Shown piece after piece: positions 20,624 to 34,149 of a DNA stretch of 64,000 nucleotides. The position numbers and the translations under genes are program-made. How positions within the stretch are numbered: position 1 is the stretch's first letter; every line of letters begins with the position of its first letter. Source of the stretch: an uncultured Chloroflexia bacterium (GTDB lineage: Bacteria > Chloroflexota > Anaerolineae > JAAYZQ01); the NCBI GenBank assembly GCA_963700285.1, contig CAVOXA010000014.1, forward strand, positions 640,001 to 704,000, given 5' to 3'. The notes beneath the pieces were generated by a model that ran no database searches, had not been told where the DNA came from, and saw nothing but the letters and a program-made list of their open reading frames with translations.

Positions 20624-21851
20624 TCATTTCTTGACAATGACAACTACGACCGACAGCAAGCCCAGGACAGCCGCCCCGCCGACCAGCGCCGTCAGACCAA
20701 ACTGGTCGATGGCAACGCCGGCCCACAGCATTCCCAGGGAAAAACCCAGGGTAAAGGCCATGGAGGTAATGGCCTGCAGCCGGGCCTGGTACGCCGGGTC
20801 GGCCAGCTCCCGAATGCGGCTGGTGTTCCACACCGCCTGGGCGAAAGCGGGAGCGCCGAGTATGGCCAGCGGCGCCATCGAGATCAAGCCGATGGGTAGA
20901 TAGGCAAAGACGGCCACGGCCGCCGCGCTGACCAGGCCGAGGACGGCGTAACGGCGGGTGGGGTTGGTGCCTGCGCTGCGCATGCCGGCGTAAGCGGCGC
21001 CGGCAAAGGCCCCCAGGCTGGTCGAGGCGGCCAGCAGGCCCAGGTCGACGATCGAGCCGCCCTCGGCGTGGACGATGGCCGGCAGGAGTCCGATGGCCGG
21101 TCCGACGATCATGATGGTGACGAAAGTGAGCAGGAGCGGATGCAGGATGGATGGCTGCCGGGCCAGGTAGCGCAACCCATCAACCAGGTCAGATAACACC
21201 CGCTTGACGTCGAGAGACTGCGGCCGGCCGGCGGACTGCCGGCTGAGGTCGCGCAGGCCCCAGAGGCTACCCGCTGCGATGAGATATGTGGCCGCGTTCA
21301 GGATGAAGGCCAGCGTCAGCCCCAGGAACTCGAGCAGCACACTGCCGACACCGTTGACCACGACCATCGCGGTGGTCTCGGTCATCGAGTTGATGGCGAC
21401 CGCCGGGCGTACCTCGTCGGGGGGGACGACCTCGGTCAGGACGACTTTGTAGGCAGGCCGCGAGAACAGGGCGATCAGCCCGTTGATGACGGCCCAGGCA
21501 TAGATGTGCCAGACGGCGATGCGATCGACCAGGACCAGAACGAGCGACGACGGTGGTGGCGGCCGCCCCCACCATTTGCCACGTGATCAGCAGGCGGCGG
21601 CGGTCAACCAGGTCGGCGATGACGCCGCCCAGCGGCATGAACAGTAGAGGTATGGAGCCCAGGGTCGCGATCCAGCCGACGGCCAGGGCCGAACTGGTCA
21701 GCATCGCCACCAGCCAGGCCTGCGCCAGTTGTTGGAAGCGGTCCCCGGCGTAGGAACTGGCCATCCCCAGCCATAGTTGGCGGAAGCTGGCCCGGCGCAG
21801 GGGGGCCGGGATGGCTGAAGCCAGGCGGCTCTTTCCGGTGTTTCTTGCCAA
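20624..21851 (-). CDS. MFS transporter (one frameshift near 21545)
   Basis: FRQLWLG, GGVIADLVDRRR motif A; split across two ORFs. Confidence 0.85.
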
Positions 21852-21878
21852 GATGCACCTCGGTATGCCTGTCGTGAT

Positions 21879-23042
21879 CTAGTCAAGAGCGTCTATCAAT
21901 TCCCGCGCTTCGTCAGCCAGACGATCGGCGAGGCATCCGACCTGGGCCATGTGATCAATGACCTCCTCAATCGGCCTGCCCCACATCTGCAATATCATGG
22001 GGTGCAAGTTCTCGTTGAGCACTATGGCCAGCCATCTTCCGGCATCGTTGAATTCGTACCGCAGACTCGCGGCTGCCGCATACCCCAACCGCACCTGTCG
22101 CGGGTCGCCCCGCCAACCGGCATCGCGCAGCCCTTCCAGGTAGCCCTCAAAGGCAATCTCCTCAAGCGCCTGCGCCTTGTCCAGCCCGACCTCGTAGAAC
22201 ATAACACTGCCCAGGATCAGGGGGACGAGCTCTTCACCAAGCGCCCCTCTCCCCGCAAAGGCCCAGTCGATGGCAACGGTTTGGGGATCGCCACCCGCCG
22301 TTCGTCGCGCGAACAGGTTGCGGCGGAATATGTCGATGTGGCACAACGTCTGGGGCAAACGGTCGAGAGCGTCGAGGTAGATCCCTCGTTCTTCCCACAG
22401 GCGGAAGTACCTGTCGCAGGCGTCACCCGACAACCAACGACGTATCAAGGCATGGTCCAGCGAATCGCGGAGCAGGGGCAGCGCGGACGCACAGCTTTCG
22501 GTGTTGTGCCGCAACCACCCCGAACTGAGCCACGGCCAGGAGGGCAATGGCCGGTCCACCAGGTAGGCGCCATTGAACTGGCCGGCGTGACGGGCGACGA
22601 GGCCATAGTGCTCCAGGGGCCAGTGCGAGCCGATTTCGTCCGCAACGTCCTCAAGCCACATCCAGCAGGCTCCATCTTGGTGTTCGATGACGTCGAAACA
22701 GCGTGGCGCCGCCAGGCCAGCCGGCAGGTCATCCAACCATCCCGACTGATAGGCGTCGGCTTCGCGCTTGTAGTAGTTCCAGGCGGAGATATGGGTGTTA
22801 TCTCCTTCCGGGTATACCGTTTTCAGGATAAGCGACCAGGACATCGTCTGCTCCCGATCGCGCCCCTGTCCCGCAAAGCGATAGATTGCGTTCCCCGCGC
22901 CGGCGCCGCCATGCAGTTGTTCGTAGTCCCAGTCCATCACCTCGACGGTTTCGCTGTTCAAAGCACTTTGCACAAGTGGCGTCAGCGTGGCTTGATCGAT
23001 TGCAGCCAATTGTGCTTGCGGTGTTTCAAGCTTTTCATCCAC
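21879..23042 (-). CDS. APH/kinase-like phosphotransferase, copy 1
   Basis: LILK, KREADAY, WLED, HIDIFRRN, IDWAF. Confidence 0.85.
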   Translation of the reverse strand: MDEKLETPQAQLAAIDQATLTPLVQSALNSETVEVMDWDYEQLHGGAGAGNAIYRFAGQGRDREQTMSWSLILKTVYPEGDNTHISAWNYYKREADAYQSGWLDDLPAGLAAPRCFDVIEHQDGACWMWLEDVADEIGSHWPLEHYGLVARHAGQFNGAYLVDRPLPSWPWLSSGWLRHNTESCASALPLLRDSLDHALIRRWLSGDACDRYFRLWEERGIYLDALDRLPQTLCHIDIFRRNLFARRTAGGDPQTVAIDWAFAGRGALGEELVPLILGSVMFYEVGLDKAQALEEIAFEGYLEGLRDAGWRGDPRQVRLGYAAAASLRYEFNDAGRWLAIVLNENLHPMILQMWGRPIEEVIDHMAQVGCLADRLADEARELIDALD

Positions 23043-23086
23043 CTCGTCACCTCCTCTTTGCTGTGCTTTCTCGTCGTCGCTCGGAC

Positions 23087-24248
23087 CTAGCCCAGGATGC
23101 CGATCAGTTCGCGTGCTTCGTCCAGCTTGCTGAACAAGGGACGTCTCATCCGGGCAACAGAGTCAAAAGCCTCTCCAATTGAAAGACCATATACCTGCTC
23201 CGCTGCCGGCGTGCAGGCTCTCGTCGAGTATGAGCGCCAGCCATCTGCCAACCTCGCCGAACAGGTAGCGTGCGCTTGCAGCTGTGTAGCCCAGACGCAC
23301 CTGCTGTGGATCGCCCTGCCATCCGACATCGCGCAGCCCTTGCAGGTAGCCCTCGAAGACGATCTCCTCGAGCTCCTGCAGTTTGTCCAGCTCAACCCCA
23401 GCGAGCGCAATGCTCATCCAAACGAGAGGGTTAAGGTCTGCCCCGATTGGGCCTCGCCCTACGAACGCCCAATCGATCACCACCGTCTGATCATCGCCAT
23501 CCGCCGTCTTGCGCGCGAAAAGGTTGAGGCGAAATATATCGAAATGGCAAATCGTCTGGGGCAGGCGGTCGAGGGCATCGAGATAGAGCTCTCGCTCTGC
23601 CCAGAGGCGGAAAAACTGATCGCTGTCTTCCTCCGGAAGCCACCGGCGAGCCCATGGGCGCGCCAGAGCCTTGCGGAGAGGCTCTATTGCGGGGGCGGAT
23701 TGCTCGATATAGTGCCGCAACCAGTTGGAACTCAGCCATGACCAGCCTGGCATTGGCCGGTCTACCAGGTAGGCACCATTGAACTGGCCCAAGTGGCGGG
23801 CGACAACGCCATAGTGTTCCAGGGGCCACTGCGAGCCAATTTCCTCCGCGACCTCCTCAAGCCAGATCCAGCACGTGCCATCCGGGTGGTCGAGGACGCC
23901 GAAACAACGCGGCGCTGCCATGCCGCCCGGCAGGTCATCCAACCAGCCCGACTGGTAGGCATCCGCCTCGCGCTTGAAATAGTCCCAGGCAGAGACGTCG
24001 GCGTTGCCACCTTCTGGCCGGAGTATTTTGAGGATCAGCGACCAGGGTATTGTCTGGCCCTGATCGCGCCCCTGCCCTGAAAAACGATAGACGGCAGTCC
24101 CCGCAGCAATACCGCCATGTAGCTGCTCAAACTCCCAGTTGACCACCTCGACGGTCTTGCTACCCAAGGCGCTTTGCACCAGCGGCGTCAGAGTGGTCTG
24201 ATCGATTGCAGCCAATTGGGCTGTCTGTTTTTCAAGCTTTTCATCCAT
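23087..24248 (-). CDS. APH/kinase-like phosphotransferase, copy 2 (frameshift near 23210)
   Basis: HFDIFRLN, IDWAF; the true C-terminus (ARELIGILG*) is in the other frame. Confidence 0.85.
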
Positions 24249-24292
24249 CTTGTCACCTGCCCCTTGCTGTGCTTTCTCGTCGTCGCTGTGGC

Positions 24293-25465
24293 CTAGCCCA
24301 GGATGTCCATCAGCTCCCGCGCTTCGTCGGTCAGGCCGTCACACAAGCTCCCCACCTGGGCCCAATGGTCTTCGATCTCCTCCATCGAGCGTCCAAATAC
24401 CTGCTCCAAGAAAGAATGCTGGCTCTCGTCGAGTATCATATCCATGGCTCTGTTGAGTTCAGCGAACCTGAAGCGTAAACTCGCGGCCGTATACCCCAGG
24501 CGCACCTGCCACGGGTTTCCCCGCCAGCCGGCATCGCCCAGCCCTTCCAGGTAGCCCTCAAAGACAACATCCTCAAGCGCCTGTGCCTGGCCCAAGTCAA
24601 TTTCATTGAAAGCGACACTGGCCAAAACCAGGGGGACAAGCTCCGCCCCGATCGCGCCCCGCCCGGCAAATGCCCAGTCGATCACCACTGTTTGATCGTC
24701 GCCATCCGCCGTCTTGCGCGCGAACAGGTTGCGGCGAAATAAGTCGAGGTGACACAGCGTCTGGGGCAGGCGGTCGAGGGCGTCGAGAAAGAGGTTGCGC
24801 TCTTCCCACAGGCGGAACAACCTGGCGCCGGCGTTACCTGGATAACCGCGGCGAACCAGCGGGTGGTCCAGGGAATTGCGGATGAGGGGGATTGCGGGAG
24901 CAGACAGGGAGATATAACCCCGCAGCCAGTCCGAGCTGAGCCACGGCCAGGAGGGCAAGGATCGTTCCATCAGGTAGGCACCGTTGAACTGGCCGGCGTG
25001 GCGTGCGACGAGGCCAAAGTGCTCCAGGGGCCAGTGCGAGCCGATTTCGTCCCTGACGTCCTCAAGCCAGATCCAGCACGTGCCGTCCGGGTATTCGAAG
25101 ACGCCGAAACAACGTGGCGTCACCAGGCCACCCGGCAGGTCATCCAACCATCCCGACCGATAGGCGTCGGCTTCGCGCTTGTAATAGTTCCAAGCGGAGA
25201 CATTGGCGTTGTTCTCTGCCGGGCATAACGTTTTGAGGATGAGAGACCAAGGCACCTTTTGCCCTTGGTCGAGCCCTTCTCCGGAAAAACGGTAGATGGC
25301 CGTTCCCAAGCCTGCACCGCCATGTAGTTGTTCATAGTCCCAATCCAGCACCTCGACGGTTTCGCTGTTCAAAGCGCTCTGCACGAGTGGCGTCAGGGCG
25401 GCCTGATCGATTACGGCCAATTGTACTGCCTGTATTGCAGATGTTGTTTCAAGCTTTTCATCCAT
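24293..25465 (-). CDS. APH/kinase-like phosphotransferase, copy 3
   Basis: HLDLFRRN, IDWAF. Confidence 0.85.
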   Translation of the reverse strand: MDEKLETTSAIQAVQLAVIDQAALTPLVQSALNSETVEVLDWDYEQLHGGAGLGTAIYRFSGEGLDQGQKVPWSLILKTLCPAENNANVSAWNYYKREADAYRSGWLDDLPGGLVTPRCFGVFEYPDGTCWIWLEDVRDEIGSHWPLEHFGLVARHAGQFNGAYLMERSLPSWPWLSSDWLRGYISLSAPAIPLIRNSLDHPLVRRGYPGNAGARLFRLWEERNLFLDALDRLPQTLCHLDLFRRNLFARKTADGDDQTVVIDWAFAGRGAIGAELVPLVLASVAFNEIDLGQAQALEDVVFEGYLEGLGDAGWRGNPWQVRLGYTAASLRFRFAELNRAMDMILDESQHSFLEQVFGRSMEEIEDHWAQVGSLCDGLTDEARELMDILG

Positions 25466-25894
25466 TCGGTCACCTCCCCTGGGTAGCCCTGAGTATAGGG
25501 CTGGGGTCTGGTCAAACAGTCAAAGACGCATAGATTCAATCCTGGTATTGCAGATGCGCCCAACGGATAGGGATTCATGTGGCGTGAAGGGGTCACACAA
25601 AACAGAGTTGATCCAAGACGCATGCATTGTAGCCGTATTTGGAGTCCAAGGCAAGTACTTCATCGGGGAGCTGTGCTTGCCGACGCATCAGGCCACCTGC
25701 CGGACAGCGTGAGCCGTGCCCACCCACCGCCGCTTGCAAGACTCGCCTCAAAGGCCGACACCTTTGCAGGCAAGGCCAGGTAGTTGAAAGCCCAGGGGTG
25801 GGCTTCGGCTCCGCACAGGGTTAGCCCGCGCCTGCCCTGAACATTCGTTTCCGTAGTAACGTGTGACGCTTCGTGCGCCGTTCGGCCCAAGCCT

Positions 25895-27853
<1,959 letters not shown>

Positions 27854-28016
27854 GGCGAACCTCCTTCGAGTGGTCACTGGCAGCCCACCCGGTTCCGATG
27901 AACGGGCTAAACTGTGTTTCTACAGAACTCCTCTGCCTTCGCACTCCGAATAGTTGACCATAAAGAATCTGTCTGTAGAAGTACCCATCGTCTCATGTTC
28001 CAGAGATTTTCTGTGC

Positions 28017-28084
28017 CATGTCTCCTACCGGAACTCATTACTGCACCACTTGACATTATATCACAGCTCTGTTCGCTGAGCAAT
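28017..28084 (-). promoter_or_regulatory. Promoter plus RBS element, homologous to 12208-12275
   Basis: TTGCTC-N17-TATAAT, then 28 nt to AGGAGACATG. Confidence 0.65.
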
Positions 28085-28181
28085 ACCATTTTCCCGGGGA
28101 CTCTCGTGCAACAACTGGAGGGGAGTGGGCAGCGAATCAGTGAGCCTCTCACCTGATTCAGCCGCCCATTGTGGCTGGGCG

Positions 28182-28490
28182 CCTTCACATGATTCCGCAG
28201 CATGCGTGCCTTCCGATCCGGATGCAGGTAGACCTGCTGGTGCACCGGGCAGGCACCGGATAGCAGTTGTGGCGAATCCTTCTTGGAGACAAAGCCGTGA
28301 AGACCAGCATCTGCCAGGTCTTCCACCCGCTGTCCAGCACAGGCTGCCATGGTCTCAGTATGGTCTCTGCCAGTTTCGGGTGCGATCAAACGTAGATCCT
28401 CAGGGTCGCCAACCTGGCGCAGACTTTCCCGAGGTGTTGGCAGCCCCATCTCTACTTTCGGAAGACGGGCACCCCTTCAGCAAAGAGGCC
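28182..28490 (-). pseudogene. ybgA: ybgA relic: DUF523 segment joined to the C-terminus by an internal deletion
   Basis: MGLPTPRESLRQVGDP..GFVSKKDSP | ..VHQQVYLHP..MLRNHV; stop codon lost. Confidence 0.88.
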
Positions 28491-28604
28491 CGGACTGGCT
28501 CCAAAGCTATCTGCATAGTAGGGCAAGAGGGGCAGGATCAAGCCAAAGCCGAGCATATCGACAAGGACGATAACAAATACGGTGACGAGACGGCTTTTCT
28601 TCAC
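28491..28604 (-). pseudogene. TetA-like MFS, N-terminal stub only
   Basis: [38 protein letters not shown] runs straight into ybgA sequence. Confidence 0.8.
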
Positions 28605-28687
28605 AAGGACACTCCCCCCTGATTGCCCTAGAGCTCTACCGGCTCGGGATTCGATGCCTCTGCGCCCCGCTGCGCCCTGCCATCAGC

Positions 28688-30139
28688 TCATGTTTTGGCC
28701 TGTTCGCCTATCTCGCGCACCAAGCCACGGAAAATGAGGCTATGGAAAGGATACAGAACGTACCAGTACAAGAAGCCCATCAGGCCCTTCGGGGCCATGA
28801 GAATCGTCTGCACAACCTGTGTCTGGTTGTCGTTCAAGGGCACAGCTTCGAGCTGGAGCCAGGCCTCGCCGGGCAGGACCATCTCGGTCCGCAGCCGCAC
28901 CATGCGGCCAGGCTCGATTGCCTCCACCCGAAAGAAGTCGAGCGCGTCCCCGACCCGCAGATCGTCAGGGTCACGGCGTCCGCGGCGCAATCCAGGACCA
29001 CCCACCAGCCTATCGCCTAGGCCGCGCAGCCGCCACAAGGCATCGCCGTAGAGCCAGCCCCGTTCACCACCAAGCCCAGTGAACACGGCATACACCTCCT
29101 CCGCTGGCGCATCCGCCACGCTCTGTCGGCGTTCAATTTGTAGGCCTTTCTCCGTGGTAAGCTCTACCGGGCGGAAATCACCCTGGCTGGAGGCCAGCGA
29201 GTCGCTCCAACGGGTCTCCACTTGCGCGGCTTCCAGGTCGGAAAGGGCGCGCTGCACAGCCACCTCATAGCCTACCGGCTGGATCTCGGGAAAGAGAGTC
29301 CGCGCTGCATCGTCACGGACCACCACCTCGTTGCGCATGCCCTCGATCAGAGGGTACACGATGCCAGAAGGCACTGGCGTCATCCAATGCACCCAGTGCG
29401 CCGAAAGACGCGGCGTCAGCACCGGCACAGGGATCAATAAGCGCCAAAGGCCGCGCACTTTGGCGTAGCCTTTCATCATGTCCCCGTACGTCAGCACGTC
29501 AGACCCGCCTACCTCGATGATCCTTCCTGCGCTTTCGGGCACTTGCAGGGCGCCTACCATATAACTAAGGACATCGCGAATCGCAATCGGCTGGATCCGG
29601 GTATACACCCACCGAGGGCAAATCATGATCGGCAGCCGCTCGGTAAGATAGCGGACCATCTCGAAAGAGAGGCTGCCTGTACCCACGATAACAGCCGCCC
29701 GGAATTCTGTGACGGGAACGCCTGCTTCTTGAAGAGCCTGACCAGTTTCCTGACGGGATCGCAAATGTACGGATAGTTTGCTATCCGGATCTCCCAGACC
29801 GCCCAGATAGACAATACGTTCGATGCCTGCATCCTTGGCTGCGAAACCAAAGTTTCGAGCAACCACGATATCTCGATCCCGGTAATCGCGCGTATCTGTC
29901 AGGCTATGGATCAGATAGTAGGTTGCCCAGACCCCCTTCATCGCAGGAGGCAGGGTCTCAGACCGCAGGGCATCTCCTTCCACAACCTCCACCTTGTCAG
30001 TCCAGGATCGCCCTTCGAGTCGTCTGGCGTCTCGCACCAGGCAGCGGACACGATAGCCAGCTGCAAGCAGACGCGGAACCAGCCGCCCACCGATATAGCC
30101 TGTCGCCCCTGTAACCAGAACCAGTTTCCCCTCTGCCAT
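28688..30139 (-). CDS. SDR-like NAD(P)-binding protein with DUF2867 (YbjT-like)
   Basis: VTGATGYIGG, HLRSR, LGGERGW, GDALDFFRVE, PGEAWL. Confidence 0.9.
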   Translation of the reverse strand: MAEGKLVLVTGATGYIGGRLVPRLLAAGYRVRCLVRDARRLEGRSWTDKVEVVEGDALRSETLPPAMKGVWATYYLIHSLTDTRDYRDRDIVVARNFGFAAKDAGIERIVYLGGLGDPDSKLSVHLRSRQETGQALQEAGVPVTEFRAAVIVGTGSLSFEMVRYLTERLPIMICPRWVYTRIQPIAIRDVLSYMVGALQVPESAGRIIEVGGSDVLTYGDMMKGYAKVRGLWRLLIPVPVLTPRLSAHWVHWMTPVPSGIVYPLIEGMRNEVVVRDDAARTLFPEIQPVGYEVAVQRALSDLEAAQVETRWSDSLASSQGDFRPVELTTEKGLQIERRQSVADAPAEEVYAVFTGLGGERGWLYGDALWRLRGLGDRLVGGPGLRRGRRDPDDLRVGDALDFFRVEAIEPGRMVRLRTEMVLPGEAWLQLEAVPLNDNQTQVVQTILMAPKGLMGFLYWYVLYPFHSLIFRGLVREIGEQAKT

Positions 30140-30164
30140 TTCTTCCCCTTTCAGCTTGTGACAA

Positions 30165-30196
30165 CCTGGTCAGAGGAGCATTCTCCCCTGACCAGG
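30165..30196. repeat. Intergenic 14-bp hairpin
   Basis: CCTGGTCAGAGGAG-CATT-CTCCCCTGACCAGG. Confidence 0.6.
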
Positions 30197-30221
30197 CACC
30201 ATGTCGTGCCTTGATTCGACT

Positions 30222-31337
30222 CTAGACTGCTAGTTCACTGCGTAGTCGCATCTGCCTGAGCAGACCATCGCGCGTGATGAGCCCCAACAAGCTGCCGTTC
30301 TCCACTACGGCCACCTCGCTCAATTGATCCTCCGTCATCTTCTGGAGAATCGTCCACGCGTCATCGTCTGGGTTCGCTTTGTAGGCGGAGGCTACATCCG
30401 TCATCACATGGCCTGTCGTAAGCTGGCCACGCTGCTCGCCGGAGAGACCCCTGATCTCATTCAGTGTGATGACACCTTGGGCGGCATCCCCGTCAGAGAC
30501 AAAGAAACAGCGTTGGCCATCCCGCAGAACGTAATCCTCCACCAGGCGATCTAGTGTCAGATTCGTAGGCACGGCCATACACCGGTCTACAGCTAGATTG
30601 CGAGCCTTGACACCCGTTAGCATCTTTTGCAGGCGAGCCTGCTGATAACTGGCCTGCGCGGCCCCATTCAGGTACAAGCCGATGAACACAAGCCAGAGGC
30701 CGTTCCACAGACCACCCATAAGGGTCAGACCCAGGCCAAAGGCGATGAACAGGACCGCTATCGCTTGGCCTGATCGAGCAGCCCAACGGGTTGCCCGGGT
30801 CATATCGCCCTTGAGGTGCCAGATTGCCGCGCGCAAGACACGGCCACCGTCAAGTGGGAAGCCAGGGATCATGTTGAAAGCCGCCAGCAACAGGTTGACG
30901 CGGGTCAGGTAGGACAATGTTGCGGCTATAGTAGGCTCGTTCGCAAAGAGAACCCCCAGGGCTCCGAAAGCGCCTGCCAGACTGAGGCTTGTCAGTGGAC
31001 CAGCAATGGCGATGCGAAACTCCGCACGAGCACTCGAAGGCTCACGGCCAATCTGGGCGACTCCACCAAAGATGAAGAGAGAGATGCTCTTTACAGGAAC
31101 CTGTTCACGAAGAGCCAGGACTGAGTGTCCCAGCTCATGCAAGAGGACGGACGCAAAGAGCAACAGGGATGCGACCGTGCCGACTGCCCAGTACTCGATG
31201 GTGGACCAGCCAGGATAGGCCTGGGGGAAAAAGCCCACAGCCAGAGACCACGTCAGCAGAACCGCAATAAGAAACCAGCTTATGTGAAGCCGAATGGGTA
31301 TTCCCATAATCCTGCCAACAGGCAGAGAACCCTTCAT
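30222..31337 (-). CDS. Site-2 protease (M50) with CBS domains
   Basis: HELGH, AGPLTS, FNMIPGFPLDGGR, C-terminal CBS pair. Confidence 0.93.
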   Translation of the reverse strand: MKGSLPVGRIMGIPIRLHISWFLIAVLLTWSLAVGFFPQAYPGWSTIEYWAVGTVASLLLFASVLLHELGHSVLALREQVPVKSISLFIFGGVAQIGREPSSARAEFRIAIAGPLTSLSLAGAFGALGVLFANEPTIAATLSYLTRVNLLLAAFNMIPGFPLDGGRVLRAAIWHLKGDMTRATRWAARSGQAIAVLFIAFGLGLTLMGGLWNGLWLVFIGLYLNGAAQASYQQARLQKMLTGVKARNLAVDRCMAVPTNLTLDRLVEDYVLRDGQRCFFVSDGDAAQGVITLNEIRGLSGEQRGQLTTGHVMTDVASAYKANPDDDAWTILQKMTEDQLSEVAVVENGSLLGLITRDGLLRQMRLRSELAV

Positions 31338-31451
31338 TGTAGTACCCCCTTTCGAAACCAGTCGAGAGTTGATTGATCGAGGGTAGCTGCCCTACGTTAG
31401 GCCCCTGGGTCCTACAAACTTGAACCCCTCCTGACCCTCAACCGTAATCCC

Positions 31452-31513
31452 AGCATACCACAAGAAAGGTATTTTGTCAAGATATTGCACAGATAATTTA
31501 ACATATTTCTAAT
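31452..31513 (-). promoter_or_regulatory. Sigma70 promoter with candidate CarH/LitR-like direct repeats
   Basis: TTGACA-N17-TATGCT; upstream ATTAGAAAT..TGTGCA-N5-TTGACA, shared with 57445-57505. Confidence 0.65.
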
Positions 31514-31524
31514 TGCCTTCTGTG

Positions 31525-31860
31525 CTATGCCTCATTAGACCTGTGTCCCATCCAGAAGCGTCGCCAGCTACCGCCACTGGTCTGCAGGGCAACAAGTGCA
31601 TACAGGCTGGCAGTCCAAAAGCCCAGAATCATCATCAACACGACCCAGATGATGGACCGCAGCGCTGACTTTTCGCGATAGATGATCCAACCGGAAAAAA
31701 GGACAAAGCCAGCATAGAGGTCTACCAGTGAGACCATGCCCCAGGGCATCGCTAGCAAGTCCTTCCCCTCCCCAGCAAAATCCCCCACAGTGAAACCATA
31801 GATCAGCACACCAGTCATGGCCAGGAAACATAGCAATGCTACGAGCTTGGCAAGTCTCAT
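31525..31860 (-). CDS. DUF1475 family membrane protein
   Basis: PWGMVSLVDLYAGF..WIIYRE. Confidence 0.8.
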   Translation of the reverse strand: MRLAKLVALLCFLAMTGVLIYGFTVGDFAGEGKDLLAMPWGMVSLVDLYAGFVLFSGWIIYREKSALRSIIWVVLMMILGFWTASLYALVALQTSGGSWRRFWMGHRSNEA

Positions 31861-31864
31861 CTGT

Positions 31865-32314
31865 CTATTTCCTTTCGCTTCCTGCCTGGGCTTGCACGAG
31901 AAGCAGGGGCACCGTCGCGCCACGCACTACTCGGTCGGCCACGCTGCCCAACAACCATCTACTCAACCCTGAGTGACCGCGCGTGGACATCACGATCAAG
32001 TCGATCGCCTCGACCTCGGCAAAGCGGATGATCTCGACGTAGGGCTTGCCCTCGACAGTCACTGTCCTGGTTGGGATGCCTCGCTCCTGCAAGCCCGTAG
32101 CGATATCTTCCAGGTACTTCTGGGCCAATCGGGCTGATGCCGCTTCCGCGCCGCGGACTATTTCCCGATTGGCCATGCTCGGCTCCGGTAGCGGCCCTAG
32201 AACCTTCAGCAAGTAGATCTCAGCTCCAGATTGCTCGGCCTGGATGGCTGCATGGGGCAGCGCCTGCTCGGCCAGTTTCGAGCCATCCAGTGGAACCAGA
32301 ATACGTTTGTACAT
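31865..32314 (-). CDS. Universal stress protein
   Basis: ILVPLDGS, MSTRGHSG..LGSVADRVVR. Confidence 0.93.
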   Translation of the reverse strand: MYKRILVPLDGSKLAEQALPHAAIQAEQSGAEIYLLKVLGPLPEPSMANREIVRGAEAASARLAQKYLEDIATGLQERGIPTRTVTVEGKPYVEIIRFAEVEAIDLIVMSTRGHSGLSRWLLGSVADRVVRGATVPLLLVQAQAGSERK

Positions 32315-32337
32315 ATCGTTTCACCTCATTTCCGACT

Positions 32338-34141
32338 CTAGGTCAGCGGCCAGATCAGGGGCAGGATCAAGGCCGTCAGGATGAACAATATCAGGTTGAG
32401 CCATACTCCCACCCTGGTATAGTCTGCAAAGCGGTAGCCACCCGGCCCAAAGACCAGTACGTTCACCTGGTGGCCGATGGGCATCAGGAACGAGGTCGAT
32501 GCGGCGATGACGATGGCCATCACAAAGGCGTGAGGGTTGGCGCCCAGGCTCCGGGCAGCGTCGATGGCGATGGGCACGGCCAGAACCGTCGCCGCCGCAT
32601 TGGACATGACCTCGGTCAGCAGTCCGGTCATCAAATAGATGCCCATCATCACGGCCAGCGGTCCCCAGTCGCCCAACCAGGGCCACAATCTGGTCGGCCA
32701 GCAGCTGCGCCGTGCCGGTGTTCTCCATGGCCAGGCCCAGGGGCAGCATGCCGGCGATGAGAAAGACCGACTTCCACTCGATGGAGCGATAGGCCTCGTC
32801 CATGGTCAGCGTGCCGCGTCAGCACCATCAGCAGCGCGCCGATGAACATCGCCGCCGAGACATGCAGCCAGCCGGCACGCCACGACCACCAGCACGCCCA
32901 GCAGGATGGCTACCGAAACCGGCGCTTTGTGTGTGCGGCGCGTTTCCAGGGGCGGCATGTCCAGCAGCAAAAAGTCCCGCTCGCGGCGCAGCAGGTTGAT
33001 CTTGTCCACCGATCCCTGTAGCAGCAGCGAATCACCGAAATCGAGCGAGACGTCACCCAGCCGGGCAAACAGGGTTTTGCCCTGGTGGCGGATGGCCAGC
33101 ACGGCCAGGCCAAAGCGGGACCGGAAGTCGATCTGGCGCAGCGTCTTGCCCCGAAGACTCGAAGAGGGCGCCAGCACCACCTCAGCCAGCTCAAAGGCTG
33201 CGCGCTCCGGCTCTGGCTCCCAGGGCTGGATGGGCCGGTCGGGCACCGGTACCAGCCCGAGCGTCTCGAGCGGCGGCCAGGATGGCATCGGCCGTGGCCT
33301 CCAGGTGCAGTTCGTCGCCAGGCTTGCAGGCGGTGCTCTGTCATGGCCGAGACCGTCTCGCCCTCCTGGCAGCAGAGGTGGATGTGGATGACGTTCAGGC
33401 CATGGCGGTTCTCCAGGTCTGCCTCCCGGACCGTCTTGCCAACCAGGGGCGAATCGTCGGCCACGCGGGCCTCGGTCAGGTATTCCTGGACCGGGTAGCT
33501 GTCGGCCAGGTCGCCGCCCGCCGTGCGCTCGGGCAGCAAACGGCGGCCCACCAAGGACCATGTACAGGATGCCGGCTGTCAGCACGACCACGCCCATCGG
33601 CGTAAAGTCGAAAAAACGAAAAGGGCTCGATGTCGCCATAGCTCTCCAGGATGCTGGAGGCCAGGATGTTGGGCGGCGTGCCGATCATGGTCATGTTGCC
33701 GCCCAGCAGCGACGCCCAGGCCAGGGGGATCAGCAGCTTGGAGGGGGGGATGTCGGTCTCGCGGGCGACGCTCATCACCGCTGGCAGCAGGATGGCCACG
33801 GCCCCAATGTTGTTCATAAAGGCCGACATGATGCCCACGGTGACCATGATGAGCACCGTCAGCCGCAGTTGGTTGCGGCCTGCCAGGCGCACCACCTGCC
33901 GGGCGATCAGGTCGGCCACGCCGCTGCGGGTCAGGCCGCCGCTGACGATGAACACCGCCCAAACGGTGATGACCGCCGGGCTGGCAAACCCCGAGAACGC
34001 CTCCTCGACCGTGACCAGCCCGGTCAGCACCAGGGCCACCAGCACGATCATGGCCACCACGTCCACCCGCAGCTTTTCGCTGACAAAGAGCACGACGGCG
34101 ACGGCCAGGATGCCCAGGACCAGGATGTTGTCGATGGTCAT
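32338..34141 (-). CDS. SLC13/CitMHS permease with TrkA-C domains (several frameshifts)
   Basis: LRVDVVA, SAFMNN, TMIGTPPN, RCK_C segments, SFLMPIGHQVN..GPGGYRF. Confidence 0.85.
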
Positions 34142-34149
34142 GATCGGTC

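Noticed and set aside
25545-25582. Possible further ybgA micro-relic (HMNPYP; GGATAGGGATT shared with the ybgA 3' end)
   Set aside because: Only about 11 bp of clear identity; cannot be separated from chance by eye.
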